Of a stretch of 64,000 nucleotides of DNA, positions 1 through 9,648 are shown piece after piece. The translations under genes were made by a program, and so were the position numbers. Under the pieces are notes generated by a model. That model had not been told where the DNA came from. It saw only the letters and a program-made list of their open reading frames with translations, and did no database searches. The stretch comes from Myxococcales bacterium (GTDB lineage Bacteria > Myxococcota_A > Polyangia > Fen-1088), in NCBI GenBank assembly GCA_025350815.1, contig JANXXE010000006.1, positions 31,909-95,908 of the forward strand, in the 5' to 3' direction. Numbering within the stretch: position 1 is the first letter of the stretch; each line of letters opens with the position of its first letter.

Positions 1-497
1 GACGTCTCCTCGTGCAGAACAACCTTGCCGTCGGGCATCACCCAGTCGGACTGCACTTCTAGCTGGCCTGTGCCCTTGCCGCCGCGGGCCGTCTTGACGC
101 CCTTGTGCTGGATTGTCCCGTAGTGGTCCCGCTTGTCAGCGGGGATCGCGTCCGAGTTATTCCAGAAGTCGATGCCGTCGATGTCGCCGTAGTTGAACCA
201 CAGGCCGACGTGGTGCGGATGGTCGGTGCTTTCACCCGGAAGAAGGGGAAAGCCACGCGTAATGACCGCGCCCCCGGCTGTGCGGATGGGATACAGAACC
301 GGCTTCTTGACGTCCGTTGGATAGATGTACGACGTGAACGGCTGGCCCGCGACCAGCACGTCGATGCGCTTGTCGGCGTCCTTGCGGACCACCTCGATGG
401 CGACGGGGGCGGCGGGCGCCGCAGAGGCGACCAGCCCGGCCAGCAGGGGGGCTGCGAGACTGATCGCAAACAGAATCATGTGGGATGAAGTCTTCAT
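1..497 (-). CDS. Secreted PmoA-family/DUF6807 protein (partial, runs off window start; not a true methane monooxygenase)
   Basis: Missing from the ORF track. Manual translation from ATG 497 (RBS GAAAGGAAG): MKTSSHMILFAISLAAPLLAGLVASA (signal peptide)...FTSYIY...KKPVLYPIRT..G..ITRGFP...TDHPHHVGLWFNYGDIDGIDFWNN. Confidence 0.8.
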   Translation of the reverse strand, partial: MKTSSHMILFAISLAAPLLAGLVASAAPAAPVAIEVVRKDADKRIDVLVAGQPFTSYIYPTDVKKPVLYPIRTAGGAVITRGFPLLPGESTDHPHHVGLWFNYGDIDGIDFWNNSDAIPADKRDHYGTIQHKGVKTARGGKGTGQLEVQSDWVMPDGKVVLHEET

Positions 498-545
498 GGA
501 GCTTCCTTTCATATCAGGTTTGGCCACCGGCGGTGCAGGCAGCTG

Positions 546-561
546 TGGGTGACATCACCCA
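546..561. promoter_or_regulatory. Palindrome TGGGTGA-CA-TCACCCA in divergent intergenic region, possible regulator site
   Basis: Perfect 7-2-7 inverted repeat between divergent genes. Confidence 0.35.
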
Positions 562-580
562 GATCGCGGCCTTCCTGTGG

Positions 581-613
581 CTGCTTGTGGTGCCTGCTTG
601 TGGCTGCTTGTTT
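581..613. repeat. Three short direct repeats of CTGCTTGT(GG)
   Basis: Copies at 581, 594 and 604. Confidence 0.6.
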
Positions 614-723
614 TGACGGCCTCTGGCGGGCAGCGCTTCATACCAGGCTCGGCGGCGGGGACTGAAGCCGATTCGTTTCGCCGCGTTGACCCGGACCTTC
701 AGCCGTGGCACAAGGGAGCCGCA

Positions 724-1071
724 ATGTCGGTCATGAGCTCTTTGAAGGATGTTGTTGTTGGTCAGGCCATGAAGCTGGCCGGAAGCCCCAAACTGACGAA
801 ACTCGTCAGTGACCCGCGCCTGGTCAACGCCGCGATGAAGGCCATGAGCGTCGGTGGCGCGGTGAAGAACAACGTGGACAAGGCGGGGCGGGTGGCCGCC
901 GGCGTCTTCGGCCTGGTAACACAGGAAGAGGTTGCCGGCCTTCGGTCGACCATTGCCGACCTTGAGGATTCCGTGGCTTCGCTGCAGATGAAGACCGCAG
1001 CCGCGACACCATCGGCCGTGGTTGCGGAATCGCAGGCGCAGAAGAAGTCGCCCAAGACCGCCCGCAGCTAG
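724..1071 (+). CDS. Small hypothetical helical protein, phasin-like C-terminal coiled coil
   Basis: RBS AAGGGAG before ATG 724; FGLVTQEEVAGLRSTIADLE resembles phasin/PhaF-type tails; 6 nt before the sdh anchor gene. Confidence 0.6.
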   Translation: MSVMSSLKDVVVGQAMKLAGSPKLTKLVSDPRLVNAAMKAMSVGGAVKNNVDKAGRVAAGVFGLVTQEEVAGLRSTIADLEDSVASLQMKTAAATPSAVVAESQAQKKSPKTARS

Positions 1072-1077
1072 TCCGTC

Positions 1078-1887
1078 ATGCCGCAAATAGACGTTCCCCT
1101 CGAGAAGCTGCGCTTCGGTCAGACCTCCCGGCAGGACGCCTGGTGGCTGGCGCCGCTGCTGACGGTACTGGGCCTCGGCGTCGGATTTGGCTACCTGACG
1201 TGGGCGATGTTTCAGCCCGAACACTACTGGTGGGGCCCGTATCTGTCGCCCGTTTGCTCGCCCGAAATCTTCGGCAATTCGCCCTTCTCATGGTTCGGCC
1301 CGAAGCCCGCGTGGTTCCCGTGGCCGTCGTCGGTGCCGTTCTTGCCGGCGCTGCTGATTTTGTGGGCGCCGGGTGGCTTCCGCTTCACCTGTTACTACTA
1401 CCGGGGCACATACTACAAGGCGTTCTGGGGCGACCCGCCGGGCTGTGCGGTCGGCGAGCCACGTTCGACCTACCGGGGTGAAAATTCGTTTCCGCTGATC
1501 ATTCAGAACATCCACCGCTACTTCCTGTACGTCGCCGTCATCTTCATTTTCCTGCTGGGCAACGAGGTCCTCGGCGCGACGCAGTTCCCGGGCCCCGGGG
1601 CGCCGGACCGTCACTTCGGCATCGGCGTCGGCACGCTGGTCATGTTGACCAATCTGGTGCTGGTGTCCTGCTACACCTTCGGCTGCCATTCGTTCCGACA
1701 CCTGGTCGGCGGGGTTCTGGATATCTTCTCGAAGTCGAAGGGGCGCAAAAAGGCCTACGACTGCGTGACCTGCCTCAACAAGCGGCACGGCCTGTTTGCC
1801 TGGTTGAGCCTGGCGTCCATGTGTTGCACCGAGCTTTATATCCGCCTGTGTTCGATGGGCGTCATTTCGGACTGGAGAATCTTCTGA
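1078..1887 (+). CDS. sdhC: Succinate dehydrogenase membrane anchor, mycobacterial Sdh1 (Rv0249c-like) type
   Basis: Multiple TM segments; YLSP..SP, FRFTCYYYR..YY.AFW.DPP.CAVGEP, GE..FPLIIQNIHRYF, YTFGCHSFRH, N.RH..FAW.SL; TGATG overlap with sdhA. Confidence 0.85.
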   Translation: MPQIDVPLEKLRFGQTSRQDAWWLAPLLTVLGLGVGFGYLTWAMFQPEHYWWGPYLSPVCSPEIFGNSPFSWFGPKPAWFPWPSSVPFLPALLILWAPGGFRFTCYYYRGTYYKAFWGDPPGCAVGEPRSTYRGENSFPLIIQNIHRYFLYVAVIFIFLLGNEVLGATQFPGPGAPDRHFGIGVGTLVMLTNLVLVSCYTFGCHSFRHLVGGVLDIFSKSKGRKKAYDCVTCLNKRHGLFAWLSLASMCCTELYIRLCSMGVISDWRIF

Positions 1888-3701
1888 TGCCCGAGTTCGA
1901 GACACTGGAACACGACGTTCTGGTCATTGGTGCCGGCGGCGCGGGTTTGCGGGCGGCCATCGAGGCAGCGGCGGCCGGCGTGCGCGTCGGTCTGGTCTGC
2001 AAGTCGTTGCTGGGCAAGGCGCATACGGTGATGGCCGAAGGCGGCATCGCGGCGGCGCTGGCGAACGTCGACGAGCGGGACAGCTGGAAGGTGCACTTCG
2101 CCGACACCATGCGCGGCGGCCAGTACGTCAACAACTGGCGCATGGCCGAGCTGCACGCCAAGGAAGCGCCCGACCGCGTGCGCGAGTTGGAGGCCTGGGG
2201 CGCCCTGTTCGATCGCACCAAGGACGGCAAGATCCTGCAACGCAATTTCGGCGGCCATCGTTATCCGCGCCTGGCACACGTCGGTGATCGCACCGGCCTT
2301 GAACTTATTCGCACGCTGCAAGACCACGGCATTCACCAGGGCATCGACGTTCACATGGAATGGACGGTGGTCAGCCTGCTGAAGGACGGCGAGCGCATCG
2401 CGGGCGTGTTCGCCTACTCGCGCGAGCGCGGCCAGTTCAAGGTCTTTCGCGCCAAGGCCGTCATTTTGGCGACCGGCGGCATCGGCCGCGCCTACAAGAT
2501 CACCAGCAACAGCTGGGAAGGCACCGGCGACGGTCATACGCTGGCCTATGACGCCGGCGCCGAACTCATCGACATGGAGTTCGTGCAGTTTCACCCGACC
2601 GGCATGGTGTGGCCGCCGAGCGTGCGCGGCATCCTGGTGACCGAGGGCGTGCGCGGCGAGGGCGGTGTCCTGCGCAACAAGGACGGCAAGCGCTTCATGT
2701 TCGACGACATCCCGGAGAACTACCGGTCGCAGACGGCGGACAACGAAGAAGAAGGCTGGCGTTACACCCAGGGCGACAAGAACGCCCGGCGGCCGCCTGA
2801 ACTACTGACGCGTGACCACGTCGCCCGCTGTATCAACCGCGAGGTCAAGGCCGGCCGCGGGAGCCCGCACGGTGGCGTGTTTCTCGATATTTCCTGGATC
2901 AAAGAAAAGCTTCCCAACGCCCAGGAGCACATCAAAAAGAAGCTGCCGAGCATGTACCACCAGTTCAAGAAGCTGGCGGATCTGGACATCACGAAGGAGC
3001 CGATGGAGATCGGCCCGACCACCCACTACGTCATGGGCGGCGTGCGCGTCGATGCCGACTCGCAGATGTCGCGCGTGCCGGGTCTGTTCGCGGCGGGGGA
3101 ATGCGCCGCCGGGATCAACGGCGCCAACCGCCTGGGCGGCAATTCGCTGTCCGACCTGCTGGTGTTCGGCCGGCGCGCCGGCGAGTACGCCGCAAAATTC
3201 GCCCAGTCGGCCAAGAATCCGACGCTGGATCAGCAGCAGCTTGAGTCGGCCGCCCGCGCCGCCCTGGCGCCCTTTGATCGCCCCACCGACGGGGGAGGAC
3301 CGTTCCAGATCCAGTACGAGCTGCAAGAGATGATGCAGGATCTGGTGGGCATCGTCCGGCGTGAAGACGAGCTGGTCCGGGCCGTCGAGGGCGTGCAGCG
3401 CCTGCAGAAGCGCGCCGCCGCGGTGGGTGTGTCGGGCAACCGCGAATACAACCCGGGCTGGCACACGGCTTTGGACCTGCACAACCTGCTGACCGTGTCC
3501 GAGGCCATCGGGCGCGCCGCGATCGAGCGCAAGGAAAGCCGGGGCGGCCACTTCCGCGACGACTTTCCCGACAAGGATCCGCAGTACGCGACCTTCAACA
3601 CGGTCCTGGCCAGGGCGCCCGATGGCAGCATGAAGCTGCGCCGCGAGCCCCTGATACCGATGCCACCCGAGCTCAAGCAAGTCATCGAGGAGATGAAGTA
3701 A
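1887..3701 (+). CDS. sdhA: Succinate dehydrogenase/fumarate reductase flavoprotein subunit
   Basis: GAGGAGL; covalent-FAD His motif AHTVMAEGG; QFHPTG; HYVMGG; GANRLGGNSL; ESRGGHFR. Start at ATG 1887. Confidence 0.95.
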   Translation: MPEFETLEHDVLVIGAGGAGLRAAIEAAAAGVRVGLVCKSLLGKAHTVMAEGGIAAALANVDERDSWKVHFADTMRGGQYVNNWRMAELHAKEAPDRVRELEAWGALFDRTKDGKILQRNFGGHRYPRLAHVGDRTGLELIRTLQDHGIHQGIDVHMEWTVVSLLKDGERIAGVFAYSRERGQFKVFRAKAVILATGGIGRAYKITSNSWEGTGDGHTLAYDAGAELIDMEFVQFHPTGMVWPPSVRGILVTEGVRGEGGVLRNKDGKRFMFDDIPENYRSQTADNEEEGWRYTQGDKNARRPPELLTRDHVARCINREVKAGRGSPHGGVFLDISWIKEKLPNAQEHIKKKLPSMYHQFKKLADLDITKEPMEIGPTTHYVMGGVRVDADSQMSRVPGLFAAGECAAGINGANRLGGNSLSDLLVFGRRAGEYAAKFAQSAKNPTLDQQQLESAARAALAPFDRPTDGGGPFQIQYELQEMMQDLVGIVRREDELVRAVEGVQRLQKRAAAVGVSGNREYNPGWHTALDLHNLLTVSEAIGRAAIERKESRGGHFRDDFPDKDPQYATFNTVLARAPDGSMKLRREPLIPMPPELKQVIEEMK

Positions 3702-4441
3702 TGCCCAACGCGAACTTCAAGGTGTGGCGCGGGGACGCCAAGGGCGGCGCGTTCAAGGATTACAGCACGGATGTTTCGGAAGGCATGGTGGTGCTGGACG
3801 CCATCCACAAGATTCAAGCCGACAGCGCCAACGATCTGGCGTGTCGCTGGAACTGCAAGGCGGGCAAGTGCGGATCGTGTTCGGCCGAGATCAACGGCAA
3901 GCCCAAGCTGATGTGCATGACCCGCATGGCCGATCTGCCGCTTGACCGGCCGATCACCGTCGAGCCGATGAAGACCTTTCCGCTGATCAAGGATTTGGTC
4001 ACGGACGTGTCGTGGAACTACGCGGTCAAGAAGACGATCAAAGGCTTTGCGCCGCGCAAGCCGGACGCGCCGGACGGCACCTGGCGCATGCAGCAGGACG
4101 ACATCGAGCGGCCGCAAGAGTTCCGCAAGTGCATCGAATGCTTCCTGTGCCAGGACGTCTGCCACGTTCTGCGCGATCACCACCTGCACGACAAGTTCAT
4201 CGGCCCGCGGTTCTTGATTTACACCGCGCAGCTGGAGATGAATCCGCTCGACACCGGGGATCGCGTGCCTGACCTGAAGCACGAGCACGGCATTGGCTTC
4301 TGCAACATCACCAAGTGCTGCACCAAGGTCTGCCCCGAAGAGATTACAATTACCGACAACGCCATCATTCCGCTGAAAGAGCGGGTGGTGGACCGTATGT
4401 ATGATCCGCTGACCAAGCTGCTGCGCGTTCTCAAGGGCTAA
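3701..4441 (+). CDS. sdhB: Succinate dehydrogenase iron-sulfur subunit
   Basis: CKAGKCGSC...C, CIECFLCQDVC, CNITKCCTKVCP; TAATG overlap with sdhA. Confidence 0.95.
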   Translation: MPNANFKVWRGDAKGGAFKDYSTDVSEGMVVLDAIHKIQADSANDLACRWNCKAGKCGSCSAEINGKPKLMCMTRMADLPLDRPITVEPMKTFPLIKDLVTDVSWNYAVKKTIKGFAPRKPDAPDGTWRMQQDDIERPQEFRKCIECFLCQDVCHVLRDHHLHDKFIGPRFLIYTAQLEMNPLDTGDRVPDLKHEHGIGFCNITKCCTKVCPEEITITDNAIIPLKERVVDRMYDPLTKLLRVLKG

Positions 4442-4544
4442 GCGGCCTAACCCGGCCCGCCCTTGCGGTGTCCCTGGGAAGCGCCCCATGATTGTTGCAA
4501 GCCCGGTTTCGCTGTCTTTCGTGCCAAACTACCAAGGGCACCCG

Positions 4545-5120
4545 ATGACTTCAGCCGAGCAGCCGACCGACGAGGAGCTGGTGCTGCAGGCCCGCGACGG
4601 TTCACGGCCGGCCTTCGAGACGTTGGTCCGCCGCCATCAGAAGCCGCTGTATTTCCTGTGTTTTCGGTACGTTCGCGACCATGACGCGGCGGCCGACCTG
4701 GCGCAGCGATCGTTCATACGGGTGCTGGAGAAGCTGCACGAGCTGCGCGAGGCACAGACCTTCCGCAGCTGGTTGTTCCGCATCGGTGTCAACCTGGCGC
4801 TGAACCACCTGCGCGACCACGCCCGCTTTGTCGAAGAGGACGCAGGATTCCCGGTCGAGCCGGCAGCGGCGCCCGAGGCCCTATCGACGCTGGAGAATCT
4901 GGAACAGGCCGATGCGCTGCGTCGCGCGGTAACCGAACTGCCCACGAAGCAACGGATCACGCTGGAGCTGCGGGTCTACGAGGAACTTTCCTTCCGAGAC
5001 ATCGCGGCGGCCCTGGACACCACGGAGGGGGCGGCCAAGGTGAACTTCCATTACGCCGTCAGACGACTGCGTGCGCTTCTTGCGAAGTCGAGCCCGGGAA
5101 AACGTGGACTGAATGGTTAG
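4545..5120 (+). CDS. ECF RNA polymerase sigma factor
   Basis: DEELV..AR.G...AFE.LV.RHQ; F.SWLFRIGVN; region 4 LP.KQR..LELR.YEELSF.DIA; start may be 4488 or 4545. Confidence 0.9.
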   Translation: MTSAEQPTDEELVLQARDGSRPAFETLVRRHQKPLYFLCFRYVRDHDAAADLAQRSFIRVLEKLHELREAQTFRSWLFRIGVNLALNHLRDHARFVEEDAGFPVEPAAAPEALSTLENLEQADALRRAVTELPTKQRITLELRVYEELSFRDIAAALDTTEGAAKVNFHYAVRRLRALLAKSSPGKRGLNG

Positions 5121-5123
5121 ATC

Positions 5124-5792
5124 ATGACGATCAGGGAATGTGAAGACGTAAGTGGCCGGCTGATTGCCGGTGACAAAGCCGGTGACGATCCGGTGCTGGC
5201 GGCGCACGTGGGCAGTTGCCTTCAGTGTTTCCGCACCGCCGCGGATCTGCGCGATCTGCCTCGACTTGAATCCTTGCTTCGCCGGGCGCAGCCAGTTGCC
5301 GATCCCGGGGATGCTTTCTGGGCCGCGTTTCCGCGCGCCACCGCAAAGGCCTGGCAGAAGTCGCGCGCGGGCCTTGGGACCCGGACCAGCGGCGCAATCG
5401 CGCCTTCGGGTCTTCGCCGGGTCCGGGACTGGTTGCGCCTGCCGGTGCCCGCCGCGCTTTTGGGCGCCGCGGTGGCTTGTGCCGTGGTCTTCATGCTGGT
5501 CCCTGCGCGACATCCCCCGGGCGTCGTGGCTGTGGGAACACAGCCGGCAGCGCCGACCGGTATTTCGACAGAGGTCGAATCGACTGATTCGGTGCTCGGA
5601 AGCCTGGAAACGCTGGAAGTGGCCGATCTGGCCGTGCTTCAGGGCGCGCTGGCGGAGGAGACGCGGCCGGTCGTTCCGCCTGCGGACGAAATTGGCGAGC
5701 CCAGCGTGACCGCGACTGAACGGGTCGAGGCGCTGGACGCTGATGATCTGAGCGCGCTTTCGCTGGCCCTGCGCAAGAGCAACCCCATATGA
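5124..5792 (+). CDS. Anti-sigma factor, zinc-binding (ZAS) with one TM segment
   Basis: HVGSCLQC (HxxxCxxC) near N-terminus; TM LLGAAVACAVVFMLV; directly after ECF sigma. Confidence 0.75.
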   Translation: MTIRECEDVSGRLIAGDKAGDDPVLAAHVGSCLQCFRTAADLRDLPRLESLLRRAQPVADPGDAFWAAFPRATAKAWQKSRAGLGTRTSGAIAPSGLRRVRDWLRLPVPAALLGAAVACAVVFMLVPARHPPGVVAVGTQPAAPTGISTEVESTDSVLGSLETLEVADLAVLQGALAEETRPVVPPADEIGEPSVTATERVEALDADDLSALSLALRKSNPI

Positions 5793-6391
5793 CATTCGCC
5801 GGTCGCACCAGCGTGTTCGCGGGCTTGGCCGTTCTCCTAAGCGGCGCGGCCCTGGCTGCCCCCCCGCGCCCCTCGACACCGCCGGTCGACGCCCCGTTGC
5901 GCCCTGGGCGCGAGGACCGGCGGGCCGGGCGCGAGCACCTGCGCGACGAGGTCATGGATCAGATGCGCACGATGCGCATGTGGAGGATCACCCAAGAGCT
6001 AAAGCTGGACGAGGCGACGGCGGCCAAGGTCTTCCCGTTGCTGGCCCGAAGTGATGATCAGGACCGGGAGGTCGGCCGGGAGTGCGGCGAAATTTTTCGC
6101 TCTCTGCGCGACCAGCTGCTGTCAGCGACGCCCGATTCGATGGTCGTCAATGGTCTGATCGATCGCCTGATCAGCAACCGGGCACGGAAGATGGCGTTGG
6201 AACAAGAAAAGGTGATCGCCCTGCGAAAGACGCTGTCACCGATCCAGCAGGCGAAGCTGCTGATGCTGCTGCCGCGAATCGAAGAGGAGTTTCACCAGCG
6301 CATCCGCGAGGCCATGGATCGCAACGGCCGCGGGAGCGGACCGCGCGGCGCCTTCGATGGGACCGACCGACCGACCGGGCCGCGACCGTAG
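5789..6391 (+). CDS. Periplasmic Spy/CpxP-like helical protein
   Basis: Signal peptide; ELKLDE and LSPIQQAKL (LTxxQ-like) motifs; ATGA overlap; usual third gene of ECF modules. Confidence 0.65.
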   Translation: MTFAGRTSVFAGLAVLLSGAALAAPPRPSTPPVDAPLRPGREDRRAGREHLRDEVMDQMRTMRMWRITQELKLDEATAAKVFPLLARSDDQDREVGRECGEIFRSLRDQLLSATPDSMVVNGLIDRLISNRARKMALEQEKVIALRKTLSPIQQAKLLMLLPRIEEEFHQRIREAMDRNGRGSGPRGAFDGTDRPTGPRP

Positions 6392-6459
6392 TTCCGGACT
6401 TCCGCGCGGCATGGGGCGCGCAAGAATCGTGAGACCGTGTAAAATGGCGTCGGTCTTTC

Positions 6460-9400
6460 GTGCCGACACTTTCGGTTGCTTGTCCCAAGTGCGCCACTCG
6501 CCAGGAAGTGGCCATTGCCATTCCACCCGACGGTCTCAAGTACAGGTGCACGGCCTGCAACACGCTGTTCCTGATTCGGCCCCCGCGCAGCGGGGCGGGC
6601 AAACCGCGGCCCCCCAGCAAGACGGCGCCCAGCGAATTTCACGAAGATCTGCCCGTCCCGCGGGAACCGCGCGCGCAAAGACCAGCAACGCTCACCGCCC
6701 CGCAGACGGCGGCCCGGCCGGCGGGCCCAGACGATCTGGAACTGCCGCCCCCGGCCCCTTTCGCGCCACCACCCCGTAGCGCCCCACCGGTAGACGCGGG
6801 CCTCGATTTGTTTCTTGGCGATTTGCCAGCCGGCGCTCGCTCGCCGCTGGATCCCCTCGACGGGCCGGCGTCCGATTTTCAGTCGGGGGGCGCATTGGAA
6901 CTGGATTTTTCCGTGCCAGATGCGCCTGCGGTCGCGGCGCCCGCGCCGATGCTCTCCGCGAATGCTCCGTTGGACCTGCTGGATCTCGAAAACGGCGCGC
7001 CGCCAGCGACGGCGGCACCACCGACCCCCGCAAGGGCGGCCCACAAGCCTGCGGCCCCACCGCCCGCCAAGGCCACGGCGGACCTGGGCTTCAGTCTTGA
7101 GCTAGACAGCGATGATGCGGTGGCACCGGACGCGAAATCGCCGAAGCGACCGCAACCACACATTGTTACCCCACCGCCTGTTGCCATGTCGCAGGCGGGC
7201 GATCCGGACGGTTCTTTGGGTCGTCCCGATCTTCCCGACCTTCCCGACCTTCCCAGTCTGGCGCCGCCGCGGAAGCTGGGCGAGTCGCGCGGACACAAGG
7301 CGGCCCAGCTGCGGGTCGGGCTACTGCTGAAGCTGGCAGGGGCGGCGGCTGGCATGGCCGCGATCATCGTTTTGATGTTTTCCGTCGTGCTGCCGTTCCT
7401 GCGGTCGGGCCCAAGCGTGGCCAAGGTGCTGGACCCATACGTAGCCGACCTGGCGCGCGACCACTACCCGGTGTACCAGCGTGCCGCGGAACAGCTAACG
7501 GCGGCGGCCTCGGAGCGCACGGGGGCGGCCGAGCTGCGTGCGGCGGCCGCTGAACTGTGGCTGCTGTCGGTCCTGGCGCGTGGGGGCGAAAAGGCCAGGA
7601 TCGGGCGGGCCGAGCAGGCCCTCGGCGCCATTGATCCCACGACCCCGCCGACACCGCAGATCAGCCGCGCACGGGCCTTGCTGGCCGTGGCCAAGGGCAA
7701 AGGGCGTGAAGCGGAAACACTGCTCGGCCCCGACGCCCAGACGCCGGACGGTCAGCTGGTCCTGGCACTGCGCCACCTGTCCGAGGGCAAGGCGGCGGCC
7801 GCCGCCGAAACGTTGCGGCGATTCGTCGCAGGCCGTGGGGATCGCCTGGTCGGGCAGTATCTGTTGGGGCGGGCACTGGAAGATCAGCAACAGGCGCCCG
7901 GTGCCAGTGACGCCTACAACAAGGTAGTGGCCAGGACCAACACGCATGCAGGGGCCCGCCTGGGACTTGGTCGCCTTGGCGCCGAAGGGCCGGCCCAACG
8001 GATAGATCTTGCGCAGGGAATTATCGAACGTGGTCCGGCGGCGACGTCCCCGGGTGAGCTCGCCGAGGCGTATGTGATGCTGGGCCGGGCGGCGCAAGCT
8101 CTTGGCCGGCGGGCGGACGCGACGGCGGCTTTCGGCAAGGCGCTCGGCGCAGATCCGCAGAATGTTTCAGCAAACCTGGCCCTGGGCGAGGCGCTGCTGT
8201 TCGACCACCACCAAACCGATGCCCTGGCGCGCTTTCGTCTGACGGGCCCGGCGGGCCTGCGCACCGCCGACGGCAAGTTCGGACTGGGCGGCGCGCTGAT
8301 TGCCAATCGACAGGCCGGCGAGGGCACACCCCTGGTGCTGCAGGCGGCGCAAGAACGACCGAACGATCCACGGGGGCCGTTCTGGCAGGGCTGGCTGGCT
8401 GAAGAGAAGACCCCGCCCGACTGGGCCGCGGCTGCCTACAACTACCGAGAGGCCCTGGCCAAGGACCGGAAATTCCTGCCGGCGGCCCTGCGCCTGGCGT
8501 CTTTGCTGCAGCGGCAAGGACAGGGGGACGAGTCACTGAATGTTCTGCGCGCCGCGGAGGATGCGGGGGTGCCGCCGACGCTGCTGCAAATTGCGTGGGG
8601 CGACGCGCTCATCGGGGCAGGTCAGCCCGATCGCGCGGAGGATGTGTTCAGGAAAGCCCTGGCGACCGACGCGAAGCTGGGGCCGGCGCGCCTGGGCCTG
8701 GCCGCAGCGCTGGAAGGGCAGGGCAAGACGGGCGCGGCCAAGGAGGAACTGCAAAAGGCGCTGACCGAAATGCCCGAATTGGCGGGCCTGCGCGAACGGA
8801 TCGCCCTGTTGGCGCTGAAGGTCGGGCAAAAGGACGAGGCACTGGCCATGTACCGGGCGGAAGTCGCGACGGGCAAGGCTGAGCTGAGGCTGCGCGTGGA
8901 CATGGCCAAGCTGGCGCTGGACATGGGCCAGGTCGAGCTGGCGCTGGGCGAGATTCGCAAGGTCATCGCCGAGGACGCCAGCACCCCGGATGCGTTGTTC
9001 ACGCTGGGACGTTTGTACGACGCGCAAGGGGATACGGCGCGGGCGATTCAGGAATACCGGCGGGCCATGGTGTATGGGGTGTCGCCCGGGCTGCACCTGG
9101 CGATGGGGCGGGCCCTCGACAAAGTCGGCAAGGAAGACGAGGCGATGACCGAACTGGACGCGGCGGGCGAGCTGGCACCGGCGAAGATGGCCCGCGGCAA
9201 GATGTTCTTGCGCCGCAGCGACCTCAGCCGGGCGCTGGCGGACTTTCAGGCCGGCGGACGCCTGGCGCCGACAGACCCGGAAGCCTTCTTGCGCCAGGGA
9301 CTGTGCCACGACCAAATGGGCCAGCAGGATCAGGCGGCCGCCGCCTGGCAAACGGCGGTGAAGTTGGCGCCCGAGTTGCCCGAGCCGCATTTCCGTCTCG

Positions 9401-9648
9401 GACGCCTGGAACTGGACCACAACCACCCCAAGGAGGCGCTGGCGCACCTGCGAGCCGCGACGGTCAACTTGCCACCCAAGACCGACTGGGCGGCGCAGGC
9501 ATTTTTCCACCTGGGCTACGCCGAAAAAGCCGCCGGCTCGCGCCAGCTTGCCGTCGCGGCGCTGAGGAAATACCTGGATCTGGCCGCTGCCGAGGCGCCC
9601 GATCGTAGTGAAGTCGAACGGGAGATCGACCGCCTGTCGCGCCGCTAG
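6460..9648 (+). CDS. Zinc-ribbon (MJ0042-like), Pro-rich linker, TM, long TPR array
   Basis: CPKC...CTAC at N-terminus; DLP-rich linker; TM near aa 290-315; many TPR-like helix pairs. Confidence 0.8.
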   Translation: MPTLSVACPKCATRQEVAIAIPPDGLKYRCTACNTLFLIRPPRSGAGKPRPPSKTAPSEFHEDLPVPREPRAQRPATLTAPQTAARPAGPDDLELPPPAPFAPPPRSAPPVDAGLDLFLGDLPAGARSPLDPLDGPASDFQSGGALELDFSVPDAPAVAAPAPMLSANAPLDLLDLENGAPPATAAPPTPARAAHKPAAPPPAKATADLGFSLELDSDDAVAPDAKSPKRPQPHIVTPPPVAMSQAGDPDGSLGRPDLPDLPDLPSLAPPRKLGESRGHKAAQLRVGLLLKLAGAAAGMAAIIVLMFSVVLPFLRSGPSVAKVLDPYVADLARDHYPVYQRAAEQLTAAASERTGAAELRAAAAELWLLSVLARGGEKARIGRAEQALGAIDPTTPPTPQISRARALLAVAKGKGREAETLLGPDAQTPDGQLVLALRHLSEGKAAAAAETLRRFVAGRGDRLVGQYLLGRALEDQQQAPGASDAYNKVVARTNTHAGARLGLGRLGAEGPAQRIDLAQGIIERGPAATSPGELAEAYVMLGRAAQALGRRADATAAFGKALGADPQNVSANLALGEALLFDHHQTDALARFRLTGPAGLRTADGKFGLGGALIANRQAGEGTPLVLQAAQERPNDPRGPFWQGWLAEEKTPPDWAAAAYNYREALAKDRKFLPAALRLASLLQRQGQGDESLNVLRAAEDAGVPPTLLQIAWGDALIGAGQPDRAEDVFRKALATDAKLGPARLGLAAALEGQGKTGAAKEELQKALTEMPELAGLRERIALLALKVGQKDEALAMYRAEVATGKAELRLRVDMAKLALDMGQVELALGEIRKVIAEDASTPDALFTLGRLYDAQGDTARAIQEYRRAMVYGVSPGLHLAMGRALDKVGKEDEAMTELDAAGELAPAKMARGKMFLRRSDLSRALADFQAGGRLAPTDPEAFLRQGLCHDQMGQQDQAAAAWQTAVKLAPELPEPHFRLGRLELDHNHPKEALAHLRAATVNLPPKTDWAAQAFFHLGYAEKAAGSRQLAVAALRKYLDLAAAEAPDRSEVEREIDRLSRR

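Noticed and set aside
1-497. PmoA family name suggesting methane oxidation
   Set aside because: Soluble secreted DUF6807-type protein, unlike the integral-membrane pMMO subunit; no pmoB/pmoC in the window
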